The notes below the pieces were generated by a model, which saw nothing but the letters and a program-made list of their open reading frames with translations, had not been told where the DNA came from and did not search any database. This document shows, piece after piece, positions 41,072 through 50,547 of a DNA stretch of 64,000 bases. The stretch spans positions 1,664,001-1,728,000 of the forward strand of contig CBDFJQ010000002.1 in assembly GCA_965248575.1 (NCBI GenBank), written 5' to 3'. The stretch's first letter is position 1, and each line of letters opens with the position of its first letter. The translations under genes and the position numbers were made by a program. This DNA comes from Planctomycetota bacterium. GTDB taxonomy: Bacteria; Planctomycetota; B15-G4.

Positions 41072-42211
41072 TCAGCCGCAAAAAGCTTCGATGGCCTGCT
41101 CATAGAGCGCTTGCCCTGCGCCCAGGGCGTCGAAGCTCACCCACTCGTCCGCTCGGTGCGCCTGGCGGATGGACCCGGGGCCGCAGACAACGGTGGGGAT
41201 CTGGAATCCCGATCGGTAGATTTCTGCTTCTGTGTAAAAGGGCACCGCCTCGGGCTTGCTGTCCGTCGTCTCCACCAACCACTGCACGAGGCGCGTCGTG
41301 CTGGGCTGCTGGAAGGCTGGCCGACAGGCCTCCCAGTGCACGGAATGGGTCACGCCAGGCACGGCGCGGCACGCATCCTCCGCACAGTTTTCGATTCGCT
41401 GGCGCAGCCGGTCCACATCGCCACCCGGAAGCGGGCGGATCTCCACGTCGATGCTCGCGCGGGGTGGGACGAGGTTGCGCGCACTGCCGGCGCGCACCAC
41501 ACCGGTGTTGATGGTGGAGCAAGGCGGGTCGTGCATGAGCGATGGCACGGCTTCGCGGCGCAAGGTCTCCCGAAGCTCGTGCAGGTTCCGCAGCAAGACA
41601 CCCAACACCTCCGAACAGTCGGCCCCAGCCCAGGGATCGCTCGAATGGGCCGCCTCGCCACGCAACTCGATCAACGCCCCTCCGTAACCCTTGTGGGCGA
41701 CGACGGGCGTGAGACCCGTCGGCTCCCCCACCATGCAGACGGCACCCTCCAGTTCGCCTAGCAGGGAGGACTGATCCACGAGGTGCAGGGCGCCGTGACA
41801 CCCCACCTCCTCGGCGTAGGTCCAGGCCAGCACCAAGGGGCGCCTGAGTCGCGACGTCATGGCCGCCGCGGCCTCGAGCTGGGCGGCGACCGCCCCCTTC
41901 ATGTCGCAGGAACCACGGCCATAGAGCCGGCGGCCGTCCCGCTCAGGAGTGATGCTCGCCCGGGCATCCCGGTACCAGGGCACCGTATCGATGTGGCCTG
42001 CGAGCACGAGGCCGGCTGCATCCGAGCCGCCAAGGCGCGCCACGAGATTCTGTTGCGGCACACCGTCGTGCATCCCGTCCTGGATGCGCACGTCCGCACC
42101 CAGCGCACGCAGCTGCTCCACCAAGACGGAGACCACAGGGCAGGTCGATGTTCCTGGGGCCGAATCGACGGCCACCAGGCGTTCAGTCATGGACACCACG
42201 TCGGGACGCAT
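41072..42211 (-). CDS. argE: M20 metallohydrolase, acetylornithine deacetylase-like
   Basis: 'GHIDTVP', 'GRGSCDMKG', 'EEVGC', 'VGEPT', 'GPGSIRQAH'. Confidence 0.82.
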   Translation of the reverse strand: MRPDVVSMTERLVAVDSAPGTSTCPVVSVLVEQLRALGADVRIQDGMHDGVPQQNLVARLGGSDAAGLVLAGHIDTVPWYRDARASITPERDGRRLYGRGSCDMKGAVAAQLEAAAAMTSRLRRPLVLAWTYAEEVGCHGALHLVDQSSLLGELEGAVCMVGEPTGLTPVVAHKGYGGALIELRGEAAHSSDPWAGADCSEVLGVLLRNLHELRETLRREAVPSLMHDPPCSTINTGVVRAGSARNLVPPRASIDVEIRPLPGGDVDRLRQRIENCAEDACRAVPGVTHSVHWEACRPAFQQPSTTRLVQWLVETTDSKPEAVPFYTEAEIYRSGFQIPTVVCGPGSIRQAHRADEWVSFDALGAGQALYEQAIEAFCG

Positions 42212-42230
42212 GCCCCGAGTGTACGCGCTG

Positions 42231-42734
42231 CTACGAGCTGGAGACGGTCCCGGTTGCCTCGTCGAACGTCAGGGTGACGGTCTGCCCGCTCCGGGTGAGC
42301 ACCACGGTGCCCCCAGCTAGCGGGACTCCCTGCGGGTCCACCAGAAAGGCAGTTCCGGCCGCTCCGAAGTCAGCCGAGACGATGTTGATGTTTCCCGGCT
42401 GTCCAGGCTGCTCGAAATCCAGGATGGCCAACCCGTGGGTGAACGGGTCGATCACCAGCTGCCCGCTCGCGTCGGCAATCGCCACCCTGTCGGTGCCCAC
42501 TTCGAAGAACAGGCCGTAGGCGGAGCGATTCGAGCGGGCGAGAGTCAATGTGCGCTTGGCCGAGTCCTCGATCTGCATGCTCACCAGGTCCAGCGAGGCA
42601 CCACTCTGGTTCGAGGTGCTCATGGCCAAGGCACCCGCGAGGGCGCCGAGAATCGTGGCGACAAGCAGCAACTCCACCAAGGTGAAGCCGCGATCGTTTC
42701 CGACGGAAACGCGTGAGAGCTTTGGAGTCGTCAT
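42231..42734 (-). CDS. Minor pilin FimT/GspH-like, cassette A
   Basis: 'DRG/FTLVELLLV'; C-terminal 'VDPQG...GGTVVL...TG.V' GspH pattern. Confidence 0.85.
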   Translation of the reverse strand: MTTPKLSRVSVGNDRGFTLVELLLVATILGALAGALAMSTSNQSGASLDLVSMQIEDSAKRTLTLARSNRSAYGLFFEVGTDRVAIADASGQLVIDPFTHGLAILDFEQPGQPGNINIVSADFGAAGTAFLVDPQGVPLAGGTVVLTRSGQTVTLTFDEATGTVSSS

Positions 42735-42752
42735 GTGATTCCAATGCCTTGA
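42725..42752 (-). promoter_or_regulatory. Bipartite motif TCAAG-N15-GACGACTC overlapping the start codon of FimT-like A
   Basis: Exact spacing, identical -10-like octamer to the 21300 copy; position across the ATG is atypical for a promoter. Confidence 0.4.
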
Positions 42753-42773
42753 AGAGGAAGGGGCGGGTGCGCT

Positions 42774-42813
42774 GCAAGCCGTCGCCCGTGAGCCGCAGCG
42801 GGTGAGCCGCAGC
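42774..42813. repeat. 14-bp-period direct repeats GTGAGCCGCAGC (2 perfect + 1 degenerate)
   Basis: Copies at 42788-42799 and 42802-42813; degenerate GCAAGCCGTCGC at 42774-42785. Confidence 0.7.
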
Positions 42814-42820
42814 CAGTGAA

Positions 42821-43867
42821 TCAGGGTTCAGTAGGAGTCTCGGTGACCTCGCTGGTCTCGCCCGCCTCAGAGTGCCTGGCGGGGAGCTGCAGATTGATGA
42901 TCGCGGAAAGGTCGGCGATCGTCACCGTGCGAGGCACGAAAGCCATGAAGTCCACGTCTGTCGCCGTGCTCGTCGTGTCGAGAGTGGGCGACCAATCGCC
43001 AGGGCGGCGGCCTTGCCCGGGGCGGTCGAAACTCGAATGCAGCGTGGGCGTCTGCACCGTGGCGATGTTGCCGGTGATGGCACCGGGGCGATCCAATACG
43101 AGCGTGTGGGAGACGACATCACCACCGATCTGGATGCGACTGTCGGCGGACGTCGTCATCAGCACACCATCCGGCATGCAGACGGCGAGGCCAGGCAGGA
43201 AGTCAGCCGGCTCGATGCGGAGGTTTCCGGTGATCACCGCGCACGGGACAGTCGTGTCGTCGAAGTCCCCGAAGGGGTCTTCGAGCAAGGCGTCCTCGGA
43301 CACCAGGCAGCCGTTGATCACCACGTTGTCCATGTAGAGCGCCGAGGTGTTCTCCACCACGACGATGCCGTCGAGCACCACGTTGGTCAGGGTGGTTTGG
43401 CCGCCATAGCGGTGCTTCGGAATGGTCGTGTCCAGCATGGCCGCCTGGAGAGCCACCGAATCGATGCGTGGCAAGGCGTCAGGGTGGTTCGAGATCTCGA
43501 GCGGAATCCACGACATCTCTGCGAGCGCCGTGGCACCGATGCCGTCATCACCCACGGCACGCACCAACATGCGCGTGCGGGAACTCGTCACGGAGTTGGT
43601 CTCCACCTCAGCCTCGCTCGTGCCGGAGGCCACCATGGATCCCGTGAGGGATTCGCCGGCAAGAACGGCCTTGCGAGCGACTTCCGTGCCTGACTCAAAA
43701 GCCGCACGGCCACTGAGAGCCCGGGCCGAGAGAGTCGAGTCGCGGCGACCCGCATCCACATGGCGGATGTACGCGGTGCCCATCACTGCGATCACGGAAA
43801 TCACGAGCAAAACGGCAACGACGACGAATCCCGACTGGCGGCATGACTGCAGGTCATGAGTCTTCAT
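42821..43867 (-). CDS. PilX/GspK-like tip pilin with a beta-solenoid-like C-terminal domain, cassette A
   Basis: 'QSG/FVVVAVLLV' lacks E5, as PilX/GspK do; 'AAFESGTEVA' helix; repeated 'V.I.G.V' strands. Confidence 0.78.
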   Translation of the reverse strand: MKTHDLQSCRQSGFVVVAVLLVISVIAVMGTAYIRHVDAGRRDSTLSARALSGRAAFESGTEVARKAVLAGESLTGSMVASGTSEAEVETNSVTSSRTRMLVRAVGDDGIGATALAEMSWIPLEISNHPDALPRIDSVALQAAMLDTTIPKHRYGGQTTLTNVVLDGIVVVENTSALYMDNVVINGCLVSEDALLEDPFGDFDDTTVPCAVITGNLRIEPADFLPGLAVCMPDGVLMTTSADSRIQIGGDVVSHTLVLDRPGAITGNIATVQTPTLHSSFDRPGQGRRPGDWSPTLDTTSTATDVDFMAFVPRTVTIADLSAIINLQLPARHSEAGETSEVTETPTEP

Positions 43868-44400
43868 GGCGTGAGGAACCAGCGATAGGTGTCAATGGCG
43901 GTGCCGTCCTTGCTGACGGTCACCGAGAGCTGATAGAGCTTCTTGTCGCCCTTCTTGAGTTCTGTCAACACGCTGTCGGTCGTGGCGTGCTTGAGGTCTT
44001 CGAGCCCGTAGACCACGAGCCCCACATCCTGCCTCCAGGCGGTCATGCCAACGTCGGCGTTCCCCGTCGCGCGGATCGGCGGTGAGAAGGACGCCCCAAC
44101 CAAGGAGTCCAAGGCGACGACGCTGGCCCCGGACGTCACCCCATAGGTACCGCTGGGCTTCGCAGGGAGCAGTTGAGCAATCTCGTAGATCTCCTGCGCC
44201 AGCCCTTGAGCCACCACGGGGTCGCCGAGCTCCTCTTCCACCTTCACGCGCGCTGCCGAAGCCATGGCCCAGGACGTGCTGATCAACGCCACACCGACGA
44301 GCACCGTGGCGACCATCACCTCAAGCAGGGTGAAGCCTGCTTGTAGCTTCGCCGCACGACGGTCTGATGTCGTGGCACCATGAATGCTGAGGGATTGCAT
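43864..44400 (-). CDS. Minor pilin PilV/GspI-like, cassette A
   Basis: 'QAG/FTLLEVMVATVLVG', 'AQGLAQEIYE', terminal 'LSVTV' strand. Confidence 0.83.
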   Translation of the reverse strand: MQSLSIHGATTSDRRAAKLQAGFTLLEVMVATVLVGVALISTSWAMASAARVKVEEELGDPVVAQGLAQEIYEIAQLLPAKPSGTYGVTSGASVVALDSLVGASFSPPIRATGNADVGMTAWRQDVGLVVYGLEDLKHATTDSVLTELKKGDKKLYQLSVTVSKDGTAIDTYRWFLTP

Positions 44401-44527
44401 GGGGACATCCGGGGAAGGAGGAGCGGCATCAGCACTGCCTTCGAAGAGCCGTGGGCCTACGGATGCTCCAGGACGACCGCTGCTGCTTGTGCAGGCACGG
44501 CGCGTTCCCGGGGTTCCGAGCTCTGGG

Positions 44528-45655
44528 TTACTTCATGACTTGGCTGATGGCGAACATGGGCATGATCAGACTTGAGACGATGAGCGCGACGACCGCACCC
44601 ATACCGATCGTCATGGCGGGTTCGATGACTGCAACGAATGCCTTGATTGCCGACTCGACCTTCTTCTCGTGGTGAACCGTGATCTTGGCCAACACTGTGG
44701 GCAAGGTGCCCGAGCGCTCACCCAAGGAGATCATCGCCGCTTCTGCCGGCGGGATGAGCGGGTTGTCCATCAAGGTCTCGGAGATGTCGTGGCCATTCTC
44801 CACCTTCGACTTCGTGTTTTCCCAGAGCTCCACATAGCGCTGGTTGCCGGACACGTCGGCGGCCAACTGCAAGGCCTCCAGGACGTTCAAGCCAGCGTTC
44901 ATCATCACGCCGAGCACGTGAAAGGAGCGGGAGATGGAGACGGCCTTGATGAGCTTTCCGAAAGCCGGCACCTTCAGGAAGAAGGGGTCGAAGATGCGCC
45001 GCCCTTCCTGTGAGCGGATCGCCCAGACGACAGCGCCCAAGGCCACAACCATCGTCGGCAGCAGCCAGGCACCATGGGCCCGCAGCACATCGGAGAGATT
45101 CAGGAAGAAGCGCGTCGGCGCCGGCAACTTCTCAGGCTGGTCGCCAAAGAGGTCGGCGAACTTCGGGAACACGTTGATCAGCAGGAAGATCACCACACAG
45201 GTGGCCATGACAGCCATGAAGGCCGGGTAGGCCATGGCGCCGCGTACCTTCTTGCGGGTGGAGATATCGCGCTCCATGAAGTCTGCGACCTTCATGAGCA
45301 TGGCACCCAGGTCACCGGTCATCTCACCGGCCCGCACCAGGGCCAGGGCGACGGGCGAGAAAGCCCAACCCTCCAGCGCCATGGATTGAGAAAGTGGCTT
45401 GCCATTCTCAACCCCGCGCCGAATGTTGCCCACGAACTCCGCCAACTGCGGGGTTGCGGCCTGCTTCTCCAGGACTTCGAGCGCCAGAGAGAGGTTCAAA
45501 CCCGTCTCGAACATGATCGCCAGCTGCGTGACGATGTCGAGGATCTGGTCCTGCGGCACCTGCATGCGCTTGACGCCAATGCGTACCGAGTCCTTGAGCT
45601 TGTCGAAGCCAGAGGGGGCACCCAAGCCGACAGTGGGTTCAAGGCCGGTCGTCAT
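44528..45655 (-). CDS. gspF: Type IV filament inner-membrane platform protein (GspF/PilC)
   Basis: Two T2SSF domains: 'QLAIMFETGL', 'AGEMTGDL', 'AMAYP', 'GERSGTL', 'IEP', 'MPMF'. Confidence 0.95.
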   Translation of the reverse strand: MTTGLEPTVGLGAPSGFDKLKDSVRIGVKRMQVPQDQILDIVTQLAIMFETGLNLSLALEVLEKQAATPQLAEFVGNIRRGVENGKPLSQSMALEGWAFSPVALALVRAGEMTGDLGAMLMKVADFMERDISTRKKVRGAMAYPAFMAVMATCVVIFLLINVFPKFADLFGDQPEKLPAPTRFFLNLSDVLRAHGAWLLPTMVVALGAVVWAIRSQEGRRIFDPFFLKVPAFGKLIKAVSISRSFHVLGVMMNAGLNVLEALQLAADVSGNQRYVELWENTKSKVENGHDISETLMDNPLIPPAEAAMISLGERSGTLPTVLAKITVHHEKKVESAIKAFVAVIEPAMTIGMGAVVALIVSSLIMPMFAISQVMK

Positions 45656-47385
45656 CGTTTCATCTCCGCCACGCGCGTCACTTCGTCAAAGGTGGTTTGC
45701 CCTGCGGCAACCTTGAGCAAGCCGTCGTAGGCCAGCAGTTTGTGACCTTGCTTGGCAGCCAGGGCACGAAGGTTCGAGAGCGAGGGGTTCTCGGTGATCA
45801 CGTCCCGAGTGACGTCATCGATCTGGTAAAGCTCGTGAATCCCGAGCCGGCCGGAGTACCCGAGTCCGGAGCAAGACTTGCAGCCCTCGCCGCGAGCCAC
45901 CGATTCCACAGGCAGCTCCATCAGCTCGAAGGCGGTCCGAATGCGGTCCGAAGGCGCTTCCTCGATCTTGCAATCGGCGCAAATCCGTCGCACAAGCCGC
46001 TGAGCCAGGATGGCGTTGATCGCCGCGGCCAACAGGAAGGACTCCACGCCCATGTACACGAGTCGCGTGATGGCCGCGATGGCGTCGTTTGTGTGCAGGG
46101 TCGAGAACACCAGGTGACCGGTGAGGGCCGCCTCGACGGCGATCTTGGCCGTCTCGGTGTCACGAATTTCGCCGACCATCATGACGTCGGGGTCCTGACG
46201 CAGCAGGGCGCGAAGGGCGGATGCGAAGGTCAATCCGGCCCGTTCGTTCACCTGCATCTGGTTCACCAGGGGCAAGCTGTACTCGGTCGGGTCCTCAACC
46301 GTGCAGATATTCCGATCGATGGAGTTGATGGTGGCCAAGGCCGAATAGAGCGTCGTGGTCTTGCCGGAACCCGTGGGCCCCGTAACCAGGATGACACCGT
46401 TCGGTTGCTTCACCTGCTCGCTGAGGCCTTCCAGGATCGTAGGGCTCAAACCGAGAGCACGCAGGTCCCCCAACATCGAGTTGCGATCCAGGATTCGAAT
46501 CACGACCTTCTCACCGCAGTAGGCGGGAATGATCGAGATACGCAGGTCGATGGCACGCCCGCTCGCATTCACCCGCATGCGGCCGTCCTGAGGTGAACGG
46601 CGTTCGGCGATGTCGAGGGCCGACATGATCTTGATGCGCGAGACGATGGCTGAGGCCAGGCCGAGCGGCGGCTTGATCTTCTCATCCACCCGCAACACGC
46701 CGTCGACACGAAAGCGGACGCGGAGCTCGGTCTCATCCGGCTCGATGTGGATATCCGAGGCGTGGTCCTGGATGGCCTTCAGGATGATGGCGTTCACGAA
46801 ACGCACGACGGGCGAGGTCCCTGCCTTGGCCTCGAGCGCGTCGATCTCGTCGATGGACGAATCAATCAGCTCCAGCTCATCCACTTCGCCGACTTCACCA
46901 CCCACTTCGCGGATGATGTCGTCCACCATGAGATCGGTGATGGCATCGTTGGACTGGTTCAGTCCTTTGGAGATCTCGTCTGAAGAAGCCACCACAAGGC
47001 GCAGCTTGAGGCTCGTCAGCCGGCGCAGCGCATCGATCGTGAACAGGTCCGTGGGATCGGCGATGGCGCAGGTCAACTCACCGTGCACCCGGTACAGGGG
47101 CAGCACCGAGCGGCTGCGAGCCCAGTCCTTGTCCAGTAGATCCGAGAGGCCCGAGTCACCCAAGCCGGCAATCAAGCGCACGAACGGCAGGCCATTCTGG
47201 ATGGCCACGACCTTCAGCAGGGTCTCTTCATCCACGATCCCGAGGCGTACCAGCCGATCGGCAAGACTCTCGTGATCTGATGCGGGCGAAGACTCCACTC
47301 CACGTTGGAGCTCATCGGGCGAAACCAGCCCCGACTCCTTCAATGTGCGCTCAAGCTGCGAATGACTGAGACCTACGACGGTCAT
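45652..47385 (-). CDS. gspE: Assembly ATPase GspE/PilB
   Basis: 'ASDIHIEP', 'GPTGSGKTT', 'LRQDPDVMMVGEIRD', 'STLHTN', tetracysteine 'CADC...CKSC'; degenerate MshEN N-terminus. Confidence 0.96.
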   Translation of the reverse strand: MTVVGLSHSQLERTLKESGLVSPDELQRGVESSPASDHESLADRLVRLGIVDEETLLKVVAIQNGLPFVRLIAGLGDSGLSDLLDKDWARSRSVLPLYRVHGELTCAIADPTDLFTIDALRRLTSLKLRLVVASSDEISKGLNQSNDAITDLMVDDIIREVGGEVGEVDELELIDSSIDEIDALEAKAGTSPVVRFVNAIILKAIQDHASDIHIEPDETELRVRFRVDGVLRVDEKIKPPLGLASAIVSRIKIMSALDIAERRSPQDGRMRVNASGRAIDLRISIIPAYCGEKVVIRILDRNSMLGDLRALGLSPTILEGLSEQVKQPNGVILVTGPTGSGKTTTLYSALATINSIDRNICTVEDPTEYSLPLVNQMQVNERAGLTFASALRALLRQDPDVMMVGEIRDTETAKIAVEAALTGHLVFSTLHTNDAIAAITRLVYMGVESFLLAAAINAILAQRLVRRICADCKIEEAPSDRIRTAFELMELPVESVARGEGCKSCSGLGYSGRLGIHELYQIDDVTRDVITENPSLSNLRALAAKQGHKLLAYDGLLKVAAGQTTFDEVTRVAEMKR

Positions 47386-47747
47386 GTCTTCGAACTCCCA
47401 TTCACAGGTTCGTGAACCGACGCGTCAGGCTCCGCTGCCACCGATTGGTCGGCACCGGCCCCCATGCCGTCCACGCGAACGTTCAGGCGCTCGGCGATGC
47501 CGGTGATGAACAGCGCCTGGTAGAACACCAGGGACGGCCGATCGATGAGCACTTCCATGCCCCGACTCTTGGCCAAGGCCTCGAACTCCAGCAGGGCCTC
47601 CAAGGTCAGCGAGTCAAAGTCGATCACCTTTGAAGTGTCGACGTGAAAGCTCGTGACACCCTGGTCCATGAGCTCAGTCAGCGACTTACCCAACTGGGTC
47701 AGCGCCGTCTGGTTCAGTTCCCTACCTGCCTCCACCCGCTGAATCAT
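47382..47747 (-). CDS. STAS-domain protein (anti-sigma antagonist/MlaB-like)
   Basis: 'FHVDTSKVIDFDSLTLEALL...RG.EV.I..PS......L.ITG' matches the STAS pattern; stop overlaps the ATPase ATG. Confidence 0.8.
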   Translation of the reverse strand: MIQRVEAGRELNQTALTQLGKSLTELMDQGVTSFHVDTSKVIDFDSLTLEALLEFEALAKSRGMEVLIDRPSLVFYQALFITGIAERLNVRVDGMGAGADQSVAAEPDASVHEPVNGSSKT

Positions 47748-47753
47748 GTGGCC

Positions 47754-49400
47754 TCACTCTCCGCTGTTTGCCGCCGACTGCAGCGCGCGGCGGTCGGCCA
47801 TGCGGGCGTCGATTTCGAGGGAAAGTTCAATCACGCCATCAGCGAGGGGGTCCAGTGCGATGACACGGTCACAGAGCGCGCGGGCCTCGGAGAGGTTGTC
47901 CTTCTCGAAGGCTTCCTTGGCCTCGTCAAAGGTGCGCTTGGCGTGCGTGCGGCGGGCAACCGGGCCGAACCCATCAACGAACAGCTCGCCGTTGCTCTTG
48001 GCCTCGTCGATGAGCAGCTGACCGTCTTCGAAGGTCTCGCCATCCTCGAGGATGTGGGGCGTGATCATCACGATGATCTCGCTGCGCTCGATCTCGGTCG
48101 TCTCCTTGGAGAACAACCAGCCGATGAGGGGCAGGTATCCCAGGAACGGGACGCGGCTGATGTTCTGCACCTCGCGCGTCTCGATCAGGCCACCGATCAC
48201 CACCGTCTCGTCGTCACGCAACATCACGTTGGTGGAGACCTCAGAGGTGTTCTCGGTGGGCAGACCCGTGGTCGGGTCCACGATGCCACTGGAGCGCTCG
48301 GGGTGGATCTCGAGACGCACGAAGCCATCGTTGCTGATGAAGGGGCGGAAGCGCAGCTGCGTGCCGACGTCCAGGAACTCCACCGTCTGCTGGCTGATGC
48401 CATCGCTGACCGTGGTGCCGCCGAAGTAGCCCAGGCGTCCACCGACGATGATCTCACCCTGCATCTTGTTCAGGGCCAGGACCTCGGTGTTGGCGAGGAC
48501 GTTCGTGTCGACCGTGTTCTGGAGAGCCTCGAGGAAGACGGAAACGTCCTGCCCGACGAAGCCGAGGCGCAAGCCACCGCTGTTCGGACCCTCCGTGAAG
48601 CCGCTCTGCGTGAAGGACTTGGTGCCGTCCGGCGTGATGAAGGGCGAGCCTGCAGCCACACCGGCCGGGCCCAACTGGCCGGGCACGAGGGTGGTCGGGC
48701 CGCTGAACACAGTCTGCGGTGCCGCGCTGCTCTCGAAGTTCGGGAAGCTGGCCTCGCCGATGATCTGGAAGTCGACACCGAAGCGGTTGGTCTCATCCAG
48801 GATGACCTGGACGATGGTCGCCTCCACGAGCACCTGGCGCGGGCGCAGGTCGAGCTGCCGGAACATGCCCGAGATGCGATCGATCGTCTCCTGATTGTCG
48901 ATGACGATCAGCATCTCCTGCAGCGTGCTGTTGATGCCGCCGGTGTTGTCCTCACCCGTAGTGATGCCCGTCTCAGGAGCCGGGCTGACCACGATGCTGC
49001 CGAAAGCCGACAGGAACTTGACCAGGTAGACCTGCATCTCTGCGGCCGAGCGGTAGTTGGGGAAGAAGACCTTCTCGACCAGCGGCTTCTGGATCAGTGA
49101 GATCTGGCCAGCTTCGAGGATCGTGTAGACCTGACCATCGAAGTACCAGCCGAGGCCGAGAGGTCCGAGGATCCAGTCGAGCGCGTCCTCAAGCTCAGCG
49201 TCGAAGAAGTTCACTGTGACGGGACGGTTCGTGTCGACACCCGCGACGATGTTCACCGTCTGCTGAACAGAGATCAGCTCGATGACTTGGCCGAGGGAGG
49301 CATCGCGAACGTTGAGGGTGATCTTGTCGGAAGATTCCTCCTGCGCCAGGACTGGCGCGGAGAGCACAAACAGGATCAGGCAGGACAAGAGCGTACGCAT
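47754..49400 (-). CDS. gspD: Secretin (GspD/PilQ family) with a C-terminal TPR-like tail
   Basis: Signal peptide; STN/N0 'ITLNVRDASL'; 'LDLRPRQVLVEATIV'; 'VIGGLI...SRVPFLGYLPLIGWLF...ITPHI'. Confidence 0.95.
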   Translation of the reverse strand: MRTLLSCLILFVLSAPVLAQEESSDKITLNVRDASLGQVIELISVQQTVNIVAGVDTNRPVTVNFFDAELEDALDWILGPLGLGWYFDGQVYTILEAGQISLIQKPLVEKVFFPNYRSAAEMQVYLVKFLSAFGSIVVSPAPETGITTGEDNTGGINSTLQEMLIVIDNQETIDRISGMFRQLDLRPRQVLVEATIVQVILDETNRFGVDFQIIGEASFPNFESSAAPQTVFSGPTTLVPGQLGPAGVAAGSPFITPDGTKSFTQSGFTEGPNSGGLRLGFVGQDVSVFLEALQNTVDTNVLANTEVLALNKMQGEIIVGGRLGYFGGTTVSDGISQQTVEFLDVGTQLRFRPFISNDGFVRLEIHPERSSGIVDPTTGLPTENTSEVSTNVMLRDDETVVIGGLIETREVQNISRVPFLGYLPLIGWLFSKETTEIERSEIIVMITPHILEDGETFEDGQLLIDEAKSNGELFVDGFGPVARRTHAKRTFDEAKEAFEKDNLSEARALCDRVIALDPLADGVIELSLEIDARMADRRALQSAANSGE

Positions 49401-49437
49401 GGTCAAAGCACCCTGAGTGGGATAGAGGAAGACCCCG

Positions 49438-49465
49438 CTATCGACGCGTGGCCAACCAAGCTTGA
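49438..49465 (-). promoter_or_regulatory. Bipartite motif TCAAG-N15-GTCGATAG upstream of secretin-STAS-ATPase-platform
   Basis: Closest copy to the sigma28 consensus; sits in the short intergenic gap before the secretin gene. Confidence 0.7.
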
Positions 49466-49477
49466 GTCGTTGCTAAA

Positions 49478-50029
49478 TCAGAGGTTGCGACGGTTTTTCA
49501 CTTGCAACAACGGCATCTCGACGGAGATGCGTGAGCGCGTCGGGGACTCGAGTCCGACCGCACGGGTGTCGATGGAAACCAGCTTCCAACCCTGGACGAT
49601 GTCGCCCAGGAAATGGGTCTCGCCATCGATGACGGCCACGGGCTTCTGACCAGAGGTCATGGTCCCGTTGACGATGATGGATGGGGCCGGAATCTCGTCG
49701 ATCGTGGTGTCCACGGGGGCCGCCGTGCTCCAGAAGCTCTCGAACGGGCTGCGGCTGACGCTGTCCGCGTCACCCTGCTCGCTCAGTGCTTCGTTGTCGG
49801 GTGCAGCGCTCAGCGCAACAGCCTCGCCGATGCGATCCGCGGAGGCTGCCAGGCCCCCTGTCGCGACCTCGAGTGCAGGCTCCGTCGCAGCCACCGCGTC
49901 CTCACCACCGGAGAACTGCGAGGCCAGTACAGCCACCAGGACAGCGGTCAGGCTGCCAAGAACGATGAGCTGCATCTTGTTCTTTGACGCACCGCGAGCG
50001 GCCGCCATGTTCGTATTGGGCGTTTTCAT
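49478..50029 (-). CDS. PilP/GspC-HR-like alignment protein
   Basis: One TM, low-complexity linker, 'RSPF', then 'GTMTSGQKPVAVIDG....GD.V.GW.L..I'. Confidence 0.72.
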   Translation of the reverse strand: MKTPNTNMAAARGASKNKMQLIVLGSLTAVLVAVLASQFSGGEDAVAATEPALEVATGGLAASADRIGEAVALSAAPDNEALSEQGDADSVSRSPFESFWSTAAPVDTTIDEIPAPSIIVNGTMTSGQKPVAVIDGETHFLGDIVQGWKLVSIDTRAVGLESPTRSRISVEMPLLQVKNRRNL

Positions 50030-50547
50030 GATTCGTTCTCGAGCAAGACGGCGATCTGCATCTTGATGCGCCGCTCCTCATCTCCGGGCTGGATCTCAAG
50101 CTTCAGGACACGGGTCACCCACGTGAGTGTTTCGAGTCCCTTGAGGAAGTTGTGGAGTTGGAATGCATCCCCCTCCACCACGAGCGAAATGGCAAAGCTA
50201 GGCACGTCCCCCAGGCCGAAACCATTCTGGCGGTCCATGCTGATACGGCTCATCCCCGAACTGCGGATCTCCCGGTGGAGCGCTGTCTCCAACTCGTTGC
50301 GCGCCTCGGGCGTGTCCGGGCAAAGGGAGAAGTCGCGGTCCGAGAAGCTGGCCCGCACGACTTCGATCTCGTCTTGGACCGCAGCGAGCTGCTGCGGCAC
50401 CGTCGACTCCACGGAGTCGTTCTGCTCCAGCGTGACCAGGGAGCTTTCGAGCTCCGTGATGGACGTGTGCACCGGGTACAGCACGCCACCGCACAGGACG
50501 AGCAAGGCGAGTGCGGTCACCGCCACATGTGTGGAAAAGGACATCAT
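50026..50547 (-). CDS. PilO/GspM-like alignment protein
   Basis: TM + coiled coil + ferredoxin-like 'ISLVVEGDAFQLHNFLKGLE'. Confidence 0.8.
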   Translation of the reverse strand: MMSFSTHVAVTALALLVLCGGVLYPVHTSITELESSLVTLEQNDSVESTVPQQLAAVQDEIEVVRASFSDRDFSLCPDTPEARNELETALHREIRSSGMSRISMDRQNGFGLGDVPSFAISLVVEGDAFQLHNFLKGLETLTWVTRVLKLEIQPGDEERRIKMQIAVLLENES

